Positions 45,046 through 55,557 of a stretch of 64,000 nt of DNA are shown here, in pieces (the stretch's first letter is position 1; each line of letters begins with the position of its first letter). The notes under the pieces are model-generated. The model did not search any database, was not told the origin of the DNA, and saw nothing but the letters and a program-made list of their open reading frames with translations. The stretch covers positions 864,001 through 928,000 of the forward strand of contig OZ253555.1 in assembly GCA_965262725.1 (NCBI GenBank), written 5' to 3'. The translations under genes were made by a program, and so were the position numbers. This stretch comes from Dehalococcoidia bacterium. Its GTDB lineage: Bacteria; Chloroflexota; Dehalococcoidia; UBA2979.

Positions 45046-45537
45046 GTGCCTCCCGCAGGGGGTCGCCTCGTGATCGGCGTGATCGGCGGCGAGCAGGCCG
45101 ATGAGGCTCACGCGGCGCTCGCCTACGAGGTCGGACGCGAGCTCGGCGCCCGCGGGCACACGCTGGTCTGCGGAGGCCGTGGCGGCGTGATGCGCGAGGC
45201 CTGCCGCGGCGCCCGCGACGCGGGCGGGCTCACCGTCGGCATCCTCCCCGGCGACGACGCCAGCGACGCCAACGAGTTCGTCGACGTCGCGGTCATCACT
45301 GGAATCGGCTTCGCGCGCAACACGATCATCGCGCGCACGGCCCAGGCGCTCGTGGCCGTGGGCGGCGCCTACGGAACGCTCTCTGAGATCGCCTTCGGGC
45401 TGAGCGCCGGACGCCCGGTCATTGCGCTCGGGAGCTGGGAGCTGCGCGACGGGGAGGGGCGCGAGCCGCCGATCGTCCGCGCGTCGAGCGCTCAGGAGGC
45501 CGTCGACGCCTGCGAGCGGCTCGCCCGCACGCCGTGA
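45046..45537 (+). CDS. TIGR00725-like Rossmann-fold (SLOG/LOG-like) protein
   Basis: IGVIGG, VCGGRGGVM, VGILPG, TGIGFARN, GGAYGTLSEI. Confidence 0.88.
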   Translation: MPPAGGRLVIGVIGGEQADEAHAALAYEVGRELGARGHTLVCGGRGGVMREACRGARDAGGLTVGILPGDDASDANEFVDVAVITGIGFARNTIIARTAQALVAVGGAYGTLSEIAFGLSAGRPVIALGSWELRDGEGREPPIVRASSAQEAVDACERLARTP

Positions 45538-45544
45538 CCCCCGG

Positions 45545-45973
45545 CTAGCTGTCGCTTCGCGCGCGGCCGGCGCGGAGCTCACGCCGGACGACAAGCCTGA
45601 GGCCCGACCACGTCTCATCTATGGCGCAGACCTTGTTGTCGACGAGGCCACGCGGGAGAGCGACGTCGCGCACGATGTCCTCGCTCATATCGGTTGGGAC
45701 GCGGGCCGCGCGCTTCGGCCAGGCGACCCACAGCGCGCCGTCGGGCTCGATGCGTTGCTCGAGCGCGGCGATGCGCCGCTTCAGTGCGCGGCGCTCGGTC
45801 GTGAAGAAGATCGCGACGTCGGCGTGCCCGCGGCCCGGTCGGACGACGCGCACGCGCTCCGGGAGCTCACCGAGCGTCGCCTCGAAGCCCTCGGGCGCGC
45901 CGATGAGCGCTACGCGCGCACCCGGCGTGATCCCGAGCTTGCGCGGGAGCGGTGTTCCGGAGTAGCCCGCCAT
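45545..45973 (-). CDS. DUF3052-like protein (only the last 142 aa of track ORF 45545..50092)
   Basis: MAGYSGTPLPRKLG, LWVAWPK, GLVDNKVCAIDETWSGLRL; GGGAG SD. Confidence 0.85.
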   Translation of the reverse strand: MAGYSGTPLPRKLGITPGARVALIGAPEGFEATLGELPERVRVVRPGRGHADVAIFFTTERRALKRRIAALEQRIEPDGALWVAWPKRAARVPTDMSEDIVRDVALPRGLVDNKVCAIDETWSGLRLVVRRELRAGRARSDS

Positions 45974-46060
45974 CGCTCCCTCTCGAGTCTGGCCCTGCCC
46001 TTCGACCGCCGCCTCAGGCGATGATACGGTCCGGCGCGCACGCACTCGGGGGAACCGCCG

Positions 46061-48490
46061 ATGGTGGCAAGAACGTCGTCGGGGCCGCTCGCGGACCTCG
46101 TCGTAGTCGACACGAGCGAGGGGGTGGCCGGGGGCCACGCCTCGCGGCTGCTCGCCGATCTCGGCGCGCGGGTGGTGAAGGTGGAGCCGTCGGGCGGGGA
46201 CCGGCTGCGCTCGCTGGGACCCTTCGGTTCCGGCGACGGAGCGCGGGGCGATGCGCGCCGCGAAATGGGCGGCCTCCACCTCGCTCTCGGCGCCGGCAAG
46301 GAGAGCGTGGTCCTCGATCTCGACGACGAGGCTGGCCGACGGCGTCTCCTCGAGATGCTCGCCGGCGCCGAGATCTTCCTCGAGAGCGCGGATCCGGGCC
46401 ACATGGCCAGGCGCGGTCTCGATTACGCGAGCCTGGCCTCCCGCTTCCCACGTCTCGTCTACGCCTCGCAGACGCCGTTCGGCCAGGACGGCCTGTACGC
46501 CCGGCGGCGATCGAGCGAGATCGTCGACTACGCGATGGGCGGCTACATGTACTTCTGCGGGGAGCCCGGGCGCCAGCCGCTGATGGTGCCGGGCTTCCAG
46601 GGCGAGCTGCACGCCGGGATGCAGCTCGCCCTTGGTGCCGTGATCGCGCTCTGGCACGCGCGCCGGACGGGCCACGGACAGCACGTGGACGTCTCCACGC
46701 TCGAGTCGATGCTGAGCGCGCATTGCTGGCTGACGACGCTCTGGACGCACAAGGGAATGGTGCAGGAGCGGGCTGGCTCGACGCTGATCCGCTGCGCCGA
46801 CGGCTACGTCTACTGGATGGCGCCCCGCCCCGCGCTCGATCTCTTCGTCCTGATCGAGCGCTTCGAGCTGGTCGACGATCCGCGCTGGGTCGCGGCCTCT
46901 CAGGACGGCCTGCTGTGGCGGGAGGCAGTGCCGGAGCTGCGCGAGATGTTCGAGGCGTGGGCCAGGAAGCACCCGAAGCAGGAGGTCTACGAGCGGGCGC
47001 AGACGCTGCGGCTGAACGTGACCCCCGTCAACGACGCCGCCGATCTCGTGCGCGCGCCGGGGCTGCGCGAGCGGGGATTCTGGCGCGCTGTGGAGCACCC
47101 ACTCGCCGGCTCCCTCGAACTCGCGGGATCCCCGTGGGAGCTGCGCAGCGGACCCGTTGGGCCTCGCCGCGGCGCGCCGCTCCTCGACGCCCATGCCGGT
47201 GCGACTATCGCCGCGCCCATGTGGCCCCCCGCATCCCACCCCGAGCTTGCTGACGCGCTCCCGTTCTCCGGCCTGCGCGTGCTCGACGTCACCTCCAACT
47301 GGTCGGGGCCGGTCGCCGCGCGCAATCTCGGGGATCTCGGGGCCGATGTCGTGAAGGTAGAGACGGCCGCCCGACCGGCTGCGCGAGACAATCACCCTCC
47401 GCACGGCGAGTGGTGGAACGACTGGTACAACCGCGCCGGCTCCTTCAACCTCCTGAACCGCAGCAAGCGCGCCGTGGGGCTCGATCTCCGCAATCCCGAG
47501 GGCCGAGAGACGTTGCTCCGCCTCGCCGAGCAGGCGGACGTGTTGATAGAGAACTTCGCGGCGCGGGTCATGCCGAACCTCGGGCTGAGCTACGAGGCGA
47601 TCGCGGAGCGCAACCCGCGCATCGTGATGTGTTCGATGCCGGGCTTTGGCCAGCGGGGGCCGGAGATGAACTATTCCGCCTACGGCTCGAACATCGAAGC
47701 CTCGAGCGGACTCGTAGCCACGACCGGCTACGGGCCGGAGGAGTTGCAGGCGACCGGATCGTTCTTCGCCGACCCGATCACCGGCGCGCTCGGGCTCCTC
47801 GCGACGATCGCGGCGCTGCTCGCCAGGGAGCGCGGGGCGGGCGGGGACTACGTGGTCACGACGCTGCTCGACTCGGGAGTGCTGTTCTCGGTCGACTCGC
47901 TCATGGAGTACCGGCTGAGGGGCACGGCACCGGGTCCCCAGGCGAACCGCTCGCCGCGCCGGGCCCCGCAGGGCGCCTACCGCACGGTCGGGCCGGACGA
48001 CTGGCTGGCACTGGCTGTGGAGGACGAGCCGCAGTGGCGGGCGCTCTGTGCCACGGTTGGCCACCCCGAGCTGGCCGACCGCTATCCCACGGTGGCCGAG
48101 AGGCGGGCCGCGCACGACGAGATCGATGCGGCGATCTCCCGGTGGGCGGCGGCGCTCGACCACCAGGAGGCCACCCGGAGGCTTCAGGCGGCGGGCGTGC
48201 CGGCCGGCCCCGTTCTCGCGAACTGGGAGATCCTCTCCGACCCCCACCTCTTCGAGCGCGGCTACTTCCAGCACTACGTCCACCCGAAGGTGGGTGTCTA
48301 CCCGTGGGATGGCGTTCCGTGGAGGTTCTCCAAGACGCCGGCCCGCCCCTTCGCACCGCCCCTCTTCGCCCAGGACAACGACGCGGTCCTCGCCGAGTAC
48401 CTCGGTGCCGACGAGGAGGAGCGGGCGCGTCTGCGCGCCGCAGGGGCGCTCGAGGACGAGCCGACGATGCCGGCCCCGACCTGGTCGTAA
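46061..48490 (+). CDS. Fused two-domain family III CoA-transferase
   Basis: Two CaiB repeats; N-half PGFQGELHAG (no Asp), C-half GSFFADPITG (Asp). Confidence 0.93.
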   Translation: MVARTSSGPLADLVVVDTSEGVAGGHASRLLADLGARVVKVEPSGGDRLRSLGPFGSGDGARGDARREMGGLHLALGAGKESVVLDLDDEAGRRRLLEMLAGAEIFLESADPGHMARRGLDYASLASRFPRLVYASQTPFGQDGLYARRRSSEIVDYAMGGYMYFCGEPGRQPLMVPGFQGELHAGMQLALGAVIALWHARRTGHGQHVDVSTLESMLSAHCWLTTLWTHKGMVQERAGSTLIRCADGYVYWMAPRPALDLFVLIERFELVDDPRWVAASQDGLLWREAVPELREMFEAWARKHPKQEVYERAQTLRLNVTPVNDAADLVRAPGLRERGFWRAVEHPLAGSLELAGSPWELRSGPVGPRRGAPLLDAHAGATIAAPMWPPASHPELADALPFSGLRVLDVTSNWSGPVAARNLGDLGADVVKVETAARPAARDNHPPHGEWWNDWYNRAGSFNLLNRSKRAVGLDLRNPEGRETLLRLAEQADVLIENFAARVMPNLGLSYEAIAERNPRIVMCSMPGFGQRGPEMNYSAYGSNIEASSGLVATTGYGPEELQATGSFFADPITGALGLLATIAALLARERGAGGDYVVTTLLDSGVLFSVDSLMEYRLRGTAPGPQANRSPRRAPQGAYRTVGPDDWLALAVEDEPQWRALCATVGHPELADRYPTVAERRAAHDEIDAAISRWAAALDHQEATRRLQAAGVPAGPVLANWEILSDPHLFERGYFQHYVHPKVGVYPWDGVPWRFSKTPARPFAPPLFAQDNDAVLAEYLGADEEERARLRAAGALEDEPTMPAPTWS

Positions 48491-48523
48491 GTCGCCGGCG
48501 AAGGCGCCGGGCTGGGAGACAAG

Positions 48524-49294
48524 ATGCCGCTCATCGCCGAGGGCGCGGTGGGGCCCGACTACGCGGAGCTGACCTTCCCGCCGCCGCCGCCCGGGCGCCC
48601 CTACATCGTCACGAACATGGTCAGCTCGGCCGACGGGAAGGTCGTGGTGGAGAGCGACGAGCGAGGACTCGGGTCGCCGACCGACCGCCGGTTGATGCGC
48701 GAGCTGCGCTCGCACGCCGATGTCGTGCTCAACGGAGCCGGCACGCTGCGGGTCTCCGGGAGCTCCTCCCGGCTTGGCGTCCCCGCGCTCGAGGAGCGAC
48801 GCGTCCGACGCGGCCGTGCGCGCCTGCCGGTGGCTGCCGTCCTCAGCTCCACCGGCGACCTCCCGCTCGACCGCGCCTTCTTCCGGGCGCGCGACTTTCC
48901 GGCGGTCGTCTACCTTTCCGACGCCGCCCACCCCGAGCGCCGGGCGGCGATCGAGGCGACCGGCCGCCCGCTCCACCTCCTGCCCGGCACGGATCCGCTT
49001 CCCGCGATGGTGCGCCACATGCGCGAGGCGCTCGGAGCCGAACTCGTGCTGGTCGAGGGCGGCCCCGCGTTGAACGGCGCCCTTTTTGACCGGGACCTGA
49101 TAGACGAGTATTTCCTGACGCTCGGCTCGCGGCTCGTGGGCGGCAGCGGCGTCCGGACGGCGATTGAGGGTCGGATCACGCCCTCGCGGGCGGAGCTGCG
49201 GATGCTCGATCTCGTCTCGGCGTACGCGAACGCCGAGACGAGCGAACTCTACCTGCGCTACCGCGTGCGCCGCGCGGATTCGGGAGGCGGATGA
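48524..49294 (+). CDS. RibD C-terminal (pyrimidine reductase/DHFR-like) domain protein
   Basis: NMVSSADG, DVVLNGAGT, LVEGGP, LIDEYFLT, LYLRY. Confidence 0.9.
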   Translation: MPLIAEGAVGPDYAELTFPPPPPGRPYIVTNMVSSADGKVVVESDERGLGSPTDRRLMRELRSHADVVLNGAGTLRVSGSSSRLGVPALEERRVRRGRARLPVAAVLSSTGDLPLDRAFFRARDFPAVVYLSDAAHPERRAAIEATGRPLHLLPGTDPLPAMVRHMREALGAELVLVEGGPALNGALFDRDLIDEYFLTLGSRLVGGSGVRTAIEGRITPSRAELRMLDLVSAYANAETSELYLRYRVRRADSGGG

Positions 49295-49549
49295 GGCGCC
49301 GTACGACGCTCTCGAACCGCCAAGGCGCGTTCGCGACGCTGGAGGCCTGCGTCGATTCAACCGGTACGTCCCAGCGAGGTGAGCCAGCCGGGCCGCCGAA
49401 CAGCTCTGAGCGTTCCTGAGAGTACTGCTCACGCCGCACGGGGAGGTTGTGGGATTCCTCGATGAGATCGAACGTGGCACCGTCGTCCCGTCGTAGCGCA
49501 GGACTATGATCGGCGCTCGGGTCCGGGTCGCGGGAAGGGGGCGCGCCAG

Positions 49550-51007
49550 ATGACACAGGAGACCGCGGTGCGGGACGACGCCGGTTGGAGGGCGCGCGGG
49601 AAGCCGAGCGAGGGCCTGACAAGCGAGGCCGTCGAATTCGCCACCGGCCTCACCTTCGAGGGGATCACGCCCGAGGCGCTGCGTATCGCGCGCCGCTGCG
49701 TTCTCGACGGGCTCGGCGTCGCGCTCGCCGGCTCGGAGCAGCCCGCGATCGACCTGCTGGCCCGCTACGTGGAGAAGATCGGGGGCGCACAGCAGGCCCG
49801 CGTGGTGGGCGACGCCTCTGTGCGCCTTCCCGCCCACTTCGCGGCGTTGTGGAACGGGACGGCCGGGCACGCGATGGACTGGGACGACACGCAGCTTTCG
49901 GAGGGGGAGGGGCGGCTCTACGGGCTGCTCACGCACCCCACGATCCCGCCCCTCGCCGCCTCGCTCGCCGTGGCCGAGCTCTTGGGCGGCGCCGGCGGCC
50001 GCCGCTTCCTCACCGCCTTCGTCGCCGGCTTCGAGGTGGAGTGCAAGCTCAACGAGGCGGTAACCCCGGATCACTACATCGGCGGCTTCCACTCGAGCGG
50101 CACGTTCGGGACCTTCGGCGCGGCGACCGCGGCCGCCAAGCTCCTGGGGCTCGATGCGACTGGGACCGCACGCGCGCTCGGGATCGCCGCCTCGATGGCG
50201 TCCGGGATCCGCGTGAACTTCGGAACGATGACGAAGCCGCTACACGTCGGCCGCGCCGCCGAGAACGGCGTGACGGCGGCGCTCCTCGCGAGCGAGGGCT
50301 TCACCGCGCACGAGGAGGGCATCGACGGGCCGTGGGGCTACCTCGCCGTCGCCGGCCGCGGTGCCGAGCCGGAGCTCGTGCGCGGCCGCTTCGGCGCGCC
50401 CCTCTCCATCGAGAGCCCTGGCGTCTCCATCAAGCCCTATCCCTGCGGCGTGCTGACGCACCCGTCGATGGATGCGCTCCTAGCGCTGATGAGGGAGGAG
50501 GGCCTCTCCTCCGGCGACATCGACCGCATCACCCTTCACGCCGGCAACAACATCCTCGGGCCGATCCGCTACCGGGTCGCGACGACCGAGCTCGAGGGGA
50601 AGTTCTCGATGGCGTTCCTGCTGTCGGCGATAGCCATCGCCGGGCGCGCGGGGAAGAGCGAGTTCACCGACGACTTCGTCCGCAGGCCCGACGTCCAGGA
50701 GATGCAGCGCCGCGTCGAGACGGCGTACGACGCCGAGATCGAGGCCCGCGGTCTCGACAAGATCCGCTCTAGGCTCGTCCTCGAGACGCGGGACGGCCGT
50801 CGCTTCGAGCGCGAGGCCGGGGAGGCTTACCGCGGCGGCCCCGACAATCCCCTGACCGATCGGCAAGTCGAGGAGAAGTTCGAGGATTGCGCCGGCGGCC
50901 TCCTCGACGATGCGCGCGCGCGCGAGGTGGAGCGCCGCGTCTGGGCGCTCGAGGAGCAGTCCGACGTGACGGAGCTGCTTCCGCTCCTCTCCTGGCGCGA
51001 CCGCTGA
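49550..51007 (+). CDS. MmgE/PrpD family protein
   Basis: NGTAGHAMDWDD, THP, GFH, KPLHVG, IKPYPCG, KFS, GGPDNPL. Confidence 0.93.
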   Translation: MTQETAVRDDAGWRARGKPSEGLTSEAVEFATGLTFEGITPEALRIARRCVLDGLGVALAGSEQPAIDLLARYVEKIGGAQQARVVGDASVRLPAHFAALWNGTAGHAMDWDDTQLSEGEGRLYGLLTHPTIPPLAASLAVAELLGGAGGRRFLTAFVAGFEVECKLNEAVTPDHYIGGFHSSGTFGTFGAATAAAKLLGLDATGTARALGIAASMASGIRVNFGTMTKPLHVGRAAENGVTAALLASEGFTAHEEGIDGPWGYLAVAGRGAEPELVRGRFGAPLSIESPGVSIKPYPCGVLTHPSMDALLALMREEGLSSGDIDRITLHAGNNILGPIRYRVATTELEGKFSMAFLLSAIAIAGRAGKSEFTDDFVRRPDVQEMQRRVETAYDAEIEARGLDKIRSRLVLETRDGRRFEREAGEAYRGGPDNPLTDRQVEEKFEDCAGGLLDDARAREVERRVWALEEQSDVTELLPLLSWRDR

Positions 51008-51059
51008 GCATCCGGGCAGGGCGTTCCCGCCCGGGGGTGGTCGGCGGTGCCGCAGTCCG

Positions 51060-51884
51060 CTACGGAGAGTGCAGGTAGCGCGCGCGTGTGGCCTCGACCA
51101 GGCCCTCCGGGGGGCGGCCGCCCCAGAAGCCGCGGCGGCTGTGCCAGACGCCCGAATCGCGGCGCAGCTCGGCGAGGAACTCGGCGCTCTTGAGGGCCGC
51201 CGCCAGGGCATCGACGACCGGCGCGTCCTCGAAGCGGCGCATGCCCTGCTGCCAGAGGATCTCGGCGAGCACCATCTGCCCGGGGATCAGGACGTCGGCG
51301 CCTGAGTCGAGAGCGCGCCGCGCCGCTGCCTCGAACGCCGCGACCAGCGGCTCAGGCTCCTCGAAGCCCCGCGCAACGATCTCGTACTCCGTCTCGATCA
51401 GCGTGGTCGGGGCCGCGCGGGCGCGGAGGCCGTAGCGGTCGATCTGCTCCTCCAGCAGATCGAGCAGGGAGGGGTTGAAGGCGAGCACCGAGAAGCGGTG
51501 GCCCAGCAGGCAGGCGAGATGCATCGCGGACTCGCCGTAGCCGGCCACGGGGATATCGACCAGCGTCCGCATCTGGCGGAGGCCAGGATTCTGCACGATA
51601 CCGATCGCGACGGCGTCGTACCCCTCCGCCTCGGCGCGCCGAGCGTTCGTGATCAGCTGTTCCGTATGGAGGGAGGCGGTGTAGGCGTGGCGCGCGACCT
51701 CGGCCGGCGAGGTGCCGTCGAAGCTCCCGGGCGGCATCCCGTGGATGGACACCTCGGTCGACGGGCGCAGGATCGCGGCGGCGTGGCGGCCCAAGGACGC
51801 CCGGTAGGCCGGAACGGTCTCAAGGTCGAGGAAGCCCTGGTACCAGATGCGCAGCGGCTGCGCGTGGGCGTCAGGATCGTTCAC
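51060..51884 (-). CDS. Asp/Glu/hydantoin racemase-fold protein lacking the catalytic Cys pair
   Basis: AEAEGYDAVAIG..NPGL..MR.LVDIPVAG, GADVLIPG; GTGA overlap with the upstream transferase. Confidence 0.82.
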   Translation of the reverse strand: MNDPDAHAQPLRIWYQGFLDLETVPAYRASLGRHAAAILRPSTEVSIHGMPPGSFDGTSPAEVARHAYTASLHTEQLITNARRAEAEGYDAVAIGIVQNPGLRQMRTLVDIPVAGYGESAMHLACLLGHRFSVLAFNPSLLDLLEEQIDRYGLRARAAPTTLIETEYEIVARGFEEPEPLVAAFEAAARRALDSGADVLIPGQMVLAEILWQQGMRRFEDAPVVDALAAALKSAEFLAELRRDSGVWHSRRGFWGGRPPEGLVEATRARYLHSP

Positions 51885-54397
51885 GGTGCCTCGCTCCAGA
51901 CCACACCCGCGGCGTAGAGCTCGCGCGCCTCCCCCTCGCCCACGCCGAGCTCTGAGAGCAGGGCGAGGGTGTGCTCCCCGGCGAGGGCCGGAGGCCGGCA
52001 CGTCGCCGGCGTGCGCTCGAAGTCGACGAGAGGGCCGTGGCGTAGGACCTTCCCGTGGCGCGGGTGCACGACCGCGCGGACGAGGCGCCCGGCGTGCGCC
52101 TGCGGGTCCGTCTCTAGGAAGTCGGCGACGGTGCCGCGGTCGGCGCGCGCCGCGCCGACGCCCGCGGCGTCGAGCCTGGCCTCCCATTCATCCGCGTCGC
52201 GGCCGGCGAGGATCCCCGCGAGCGCGCGGGCGAGCTCGCGATCGTTCTGTTCGCGCGCCCCGGCGGTGGCGAAGCGCTCGTCCGCCTGGAGGGCCTCACC
52301 GCCGGGCTCGTCGGCCAGCACCTCACGCAGCGCCCCCCACTCGCGCTCCCCGCAGGCGGAGAGCAGGAGCCAGCCCGAGCGGGCCGCGTAGAGGCGCTCC
52401 AGCGCGCCGCAGCCGAGGAGGTCTGAGTCCAGCGGGCGCCTGGGCGGCTTGCCCGCGTAGTCGAGGAAGTCGTCGATCTGCGCGTAGGCCGAGGCCGCGA
52501 GCATGCTCGTCTCGACGAGCTGGCCGCGCCCGCTCCGCTCGCGGGCCCACAGCCCCAGAAGCGTGGCGGCGGCCACGACCGCCGACGTGGTGGGGTCCGG
52601 CGAGGGCTCGTTTGCCGCGTGCAGCCAGCGGGAGATCTCGATCTGCTCCTCGACATCCAGGGCTTCGGCGCCTCCGGGGGGCGGCATCGACGGTCCGGCC
52701 TGGTGAAGCGCGCCGCCGACCGCGGCCCCCGGGATCGGGTGCGCTCCCGGGCGGTTCGCCCCGGGCCCCCGCGAGCCATAGGGAGACGACCAGACGTAGA
52801 CGAGCCGGGGGTTTGTGGCCGCGAGCTCCTCGTAGCCGATTCCGAGCCGCTCCGAGGCCCCCGGTCGGTTGTTGTGGATGAGCACGTCCGAGCGCTCCAC
52901 CAGCGCCGCAAGCAGCTCCCGGCCGCGCGGGTGCTTGAGATCGAGGCAGATGCTCTCCTTCCCGGCGGTGGTCTTCGAGGTGGAGATGCCGCCGCGGAAG
53001 GCGCGGAACGGGTCGCCGCCCGGCGGCTCGACCTTGATCACCCGCGCGCCCATGTCGGCGAGCACGCAGGAGGCGAGAGGCCCCGCGATCACGCTCGCGA
53101 GATCGAGCACCACGAGGCCGTCGAGCGGGCCGCCGCTCCAGCGTCCGGGGGTAGGGACGGAGTCGGGCCTCCGTCGCGCGCGCGCAGGCCCGCGCCACGG
53201 CTCCCGCCCGCCGTCGAGCGCTGCCAGCACCGGGTCGGTGTCCGCCCCCGCGTCCGGGGACGCCTCGCCGACGGAACCGGGCGTCGCATCGAGGCGAGCG
53301 AGCACGCCCGGCTGCCTGAGCGGACCGAGGCCGGGATGCTCGCGCGTCACGACCTGGTCGTTCGCGAGGAGATCGGGATGGTCGAGCGCCTGCTGCGTGG
53401 TCTGGTAGAGCTCGGCCGCGATGTTGCCGTCTGAGATGAACTCCGGCATCCACTCGCCGGAACTCCGCTCGCGCATCCGCGCGAGCATCGCGCGCCGGAG
53501 CTCCTCCCTGGGTCCGGGCGCGATCTGGTTGGGGGGACCGGCGAAGCGGGGCTCGGAGCCAAGCTCGCCGAGGCCCGTCGCCGTCAGGTAGGAACGAAAG
53601 AGCCGCTCAACGAGGTTGCCGAGCTGCATCCAGCGCCCGTCGGCGGTCTGCACCGGCTGGTAGTGCAGCTGCGGCAGCGGGTCGGTCTCTCCCAGGGGCG
53701 TGCCGGGCCCGTAGGTGGCGGGATTCCGGCGCGCCAGCTGGCGCAGCAGTAGCCCGTGGATGTCGTAGAAGAGGATGCCCTGCACGAGGCTCGTCTCCAC
53801 GAGCTGGCCTCGGCCGGAGCGCTCGCGCTCGATCAGGGCCGCGAGGATGCCCGCCACGGCACCTTGCGCCGCGGCGTGGCGGCCGACCGGCACGGCGGCG
53901 TAGGTCGGTCCGTCGCGCCGGGCGATGCCTGAGAGCGTCTGCATGCGGCCCGAGCGGGCTGCGACGACGCTCTCGCGCCCGCGCCGGCGGGCGAGCGGGC
54001 CTGTGGGACCGAATCCCGTGATCTCGCAATAGACGAGCCCGGGGTTCGCCTCTGCGAGCGCGGCGTAGTCGCAGCCGAGCGTTGCGGCTCGGCCGGGCGG
54101 AGCCGCCGTGACCGCGACGTCCGCCCTCGCCGCGAGCGCCCGGAGTCTCGCCCGCCCGGAGTCCCCCTCCAGGTCGAGCGTGACCGACCGCTTGCCGCGC
54201 ATCCACACTGCCGAGGCGGGCGCGCGGCGCCAGGGGTCGCCGCCCGGCCTCTCCACGGCGATCACGTCGGCGCCGAAATCGGCGAGCACCATCGTCGCGA
54301 CGCCCGAGACCGGGCCGCTCCCGAGATCGAGCACGCGCAGGCCCGTGCAGGGGGCCGCCGTGCCGTCCGTCGCTCTCTCGCCGCGTCGTGCGCTCAC
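51881..54397 (-). CDS. Fused two-domain family III CoA-transferase
   Basis: Two CaiB repeats; N-half VPVGRHAAAQ (no Asp), C-half IAGP and SPDPTTS (Asp). Confidence 0.92.
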   Translation of the reverse strand: MSARRGERATDGTAAPCTGLRVLDLGSGPVSGVATMVLADFGADVIAVERPGGDPWRRAPASAVWMRGKRSVTLDLEGDSGRARLRALAARADVAVTAAPPGRAATLGCDYAALAEANPGLVYCEITGFGPTGPLARRRGRESVVAARSGRMQTLSGIARRDGPTYAAVPVGRHAAAQGAVAGILAALIERERSGRGQLVETSLVQGILFYDIHGLLLRQLARRNPATYGPGTPLGETDPLPQLHYQPVQTADGRWMQLGNLVERLFRSYLTATGLGELGSEPRFAGPPNQIAPGPREELRRAMLARMRERSSGEWMPEFISDGNIAAELYQTTQQALDHPDLLANDQVVTREHPGLGPLRQPGVLARLDATPGSVGEASPDAGADTDPVLAALDGGREPWRGPARARRRPDSVPTPGRWSGGPLDGLVVLDLASVIAGPLASCVLADMGARVIKVEPPGGDPFRAFRGGISTSKTTAGKESICLDLKHPRGRELLAALVERSDVLIHNNRPGASERLGIGYEELAATNPRLVYVWSSPYGSRGPGANRPGAHPIPGAAVGGALHQAGPSMPPPGGAEALDVEEQIEISRWLHAANEPSPDPTTSAVVAAATLLGLWARERSGRGQLVETSMLAASAYAQIDDFLDYAGKPPRRPLDSDLLGCGALERLYAARSGWLLLSACGEREWGALREVLADEPGGEALQADERFATAGAREQNDRELARALAGILAGRDADEWEARLDAAGVGAARADRGTVADFLETDPQAHAGRLVRAVVHPRHGKVLRHGPLVDFERTPATCRPPALAGEHTLALLSELGVGEGEARELYAAGVVWSEAP

Positions 54398-54425
54398 TCG
54401 TGCTCCGGTCCTCGTTGCCCGCGTG

Positions 54426-55520
54426 CTAGTCGAACGTGAGTACCGTGCGCGTTCGCTCGCCGGCCTCCATCGCGGTGAACGCCTCGTTCACCCCTTCGAG
54501 CGGGGCACGGTGGCTGATCAACTCGTCGAGGAGCAGCCGCCCCTGGCGGTAGAGAGCGAGGTACTTCGGGATGTCGAAGCGGAAGCGATTGGATCCCATC
54601 GAGCTCCCCATGAGGCGGCGGTCGGCGAGCAGGTGGCGCCCGGAGATCGAGATGTCCACGCCGTCCGGGATGATGCCGATGAGCACGGCGGTGCCGCCCG
54701 GGCGGGTCGCGGTGAACGCCTGCTCCGTCGTGCGCGCCAGGCCGATCGCCTCGAAGGTGTAGTCGACGCCGCGGCGCGCCAGTGATCGGATCGCTTCCAC
54801 GGGATCGTCGCGGGAGGCGTTCACGAGCTGCGTGGCGCCGAAGCGGCGCGCGACCTCGAGCTTGTCGTCCCGGAGGTCCACGGCGATGATCTCGCGCGCC
54901 CCCGCGAGCCGCGCGCCCTGGATCGCGGAGAGGCCCACGCCCCCCAGGCCCCAGACCGCGGCGGTGGAGCCCGGCTCCAGGCGCGCCGTGTTGAAGACCG
55001 CTCCGACGCCGGTGGTCACGCAGCAGCCGACGAGCGCCGCCTGCGCCATGGGCGTGTCGTCGGGGACAGCGACGATGGTGTTCTCGTGCACCAGCATCAG
55101 CTCGGCGAAGCCCGAGATGCGGGCGAACTGGTGGACGATATCGCCCTCCTGCGAGAGCCGGGGCGGTGCGCCGTCCGGTCGGTCGTCGAGATCGCGCGTC
55201 TCGCAGAGGTTGGGCCGGCCGGAGAGGCAGCGCTCGCACTCGCCGCAGAAGGTGGAGAGGCAGCAGACGACGTGGTCGCCGGGGCGAACGTGTGTCACGT
55301 CGGGACCCACCGCCTCGACGATTCCGGCGGACTCGTGTCCCGGGATCGTCGGGAGCGGGCGCCCCATGTGGCCCTTGAGCATGTGCAGGTCGGAGCCGCA
55401 GACGCCGGTGGCGACGGTCCGAACCAGCACCTCCCGCCCGATGGGCGTCGCGACGGTGACCTCCTCGATGGCGAGGGACTGGTCGACCCCGTGCTGCACG
55501 GCGGCGCGCGCGACTGGCAT
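54426..55520 (-). CDS. Zn-dependent alcohol dehydrogenase (class III-like MDR)
   Basis: GVCGSDLH, GHESAG, C-x2-C-x2-C-x7-C, GCCVTTGVGA, GLGGVG. Confidence 0.95.
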   Translation of the reverse strand: MPVARAAVQHGVDQSLAIEEVTVATPIGREVLVRTVATGVCGSDLHMLKGHMGRPLPTIPGHESAGIVEAVGPDVTHVRPGDHVVCCLSTFCGECERCLSGRPNLCETRDLDDRPDGAPPRLSQEGDIVHQFARISGFAELMLVHENTIVAVPDDTPMAQAALVGCCVTTGVGAVFNTARLEPGSTAAVWGLGGVGLSAIQGARLAGAREIIAVDLRDDKLEVARRFGATQLVNASRDDPVEAIRSLARRGVDYTFEAIGLARTTEQAFTATRPGGTAVLIGIIPDGVDISISGRHLLADRRLMGSSMGSNRFRFDIPKYLALYRQGRLLLDELISHRAPLEGVNEAFTAMEAGERTRTVLTFD

Positions 55521-55557
55521 GCTGCTCTCCCTTCCAGTGGCCCCATCGGGCCTGGTG

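Noticed and set aside
45545-50092. 1515-aa minus-strand ORF
   Set aside because: Antisense shadow of the CoA-transferase, RibD-like and MmgE genes; only the last 142 aa (own SD and ATG 45973) look like a real protein.
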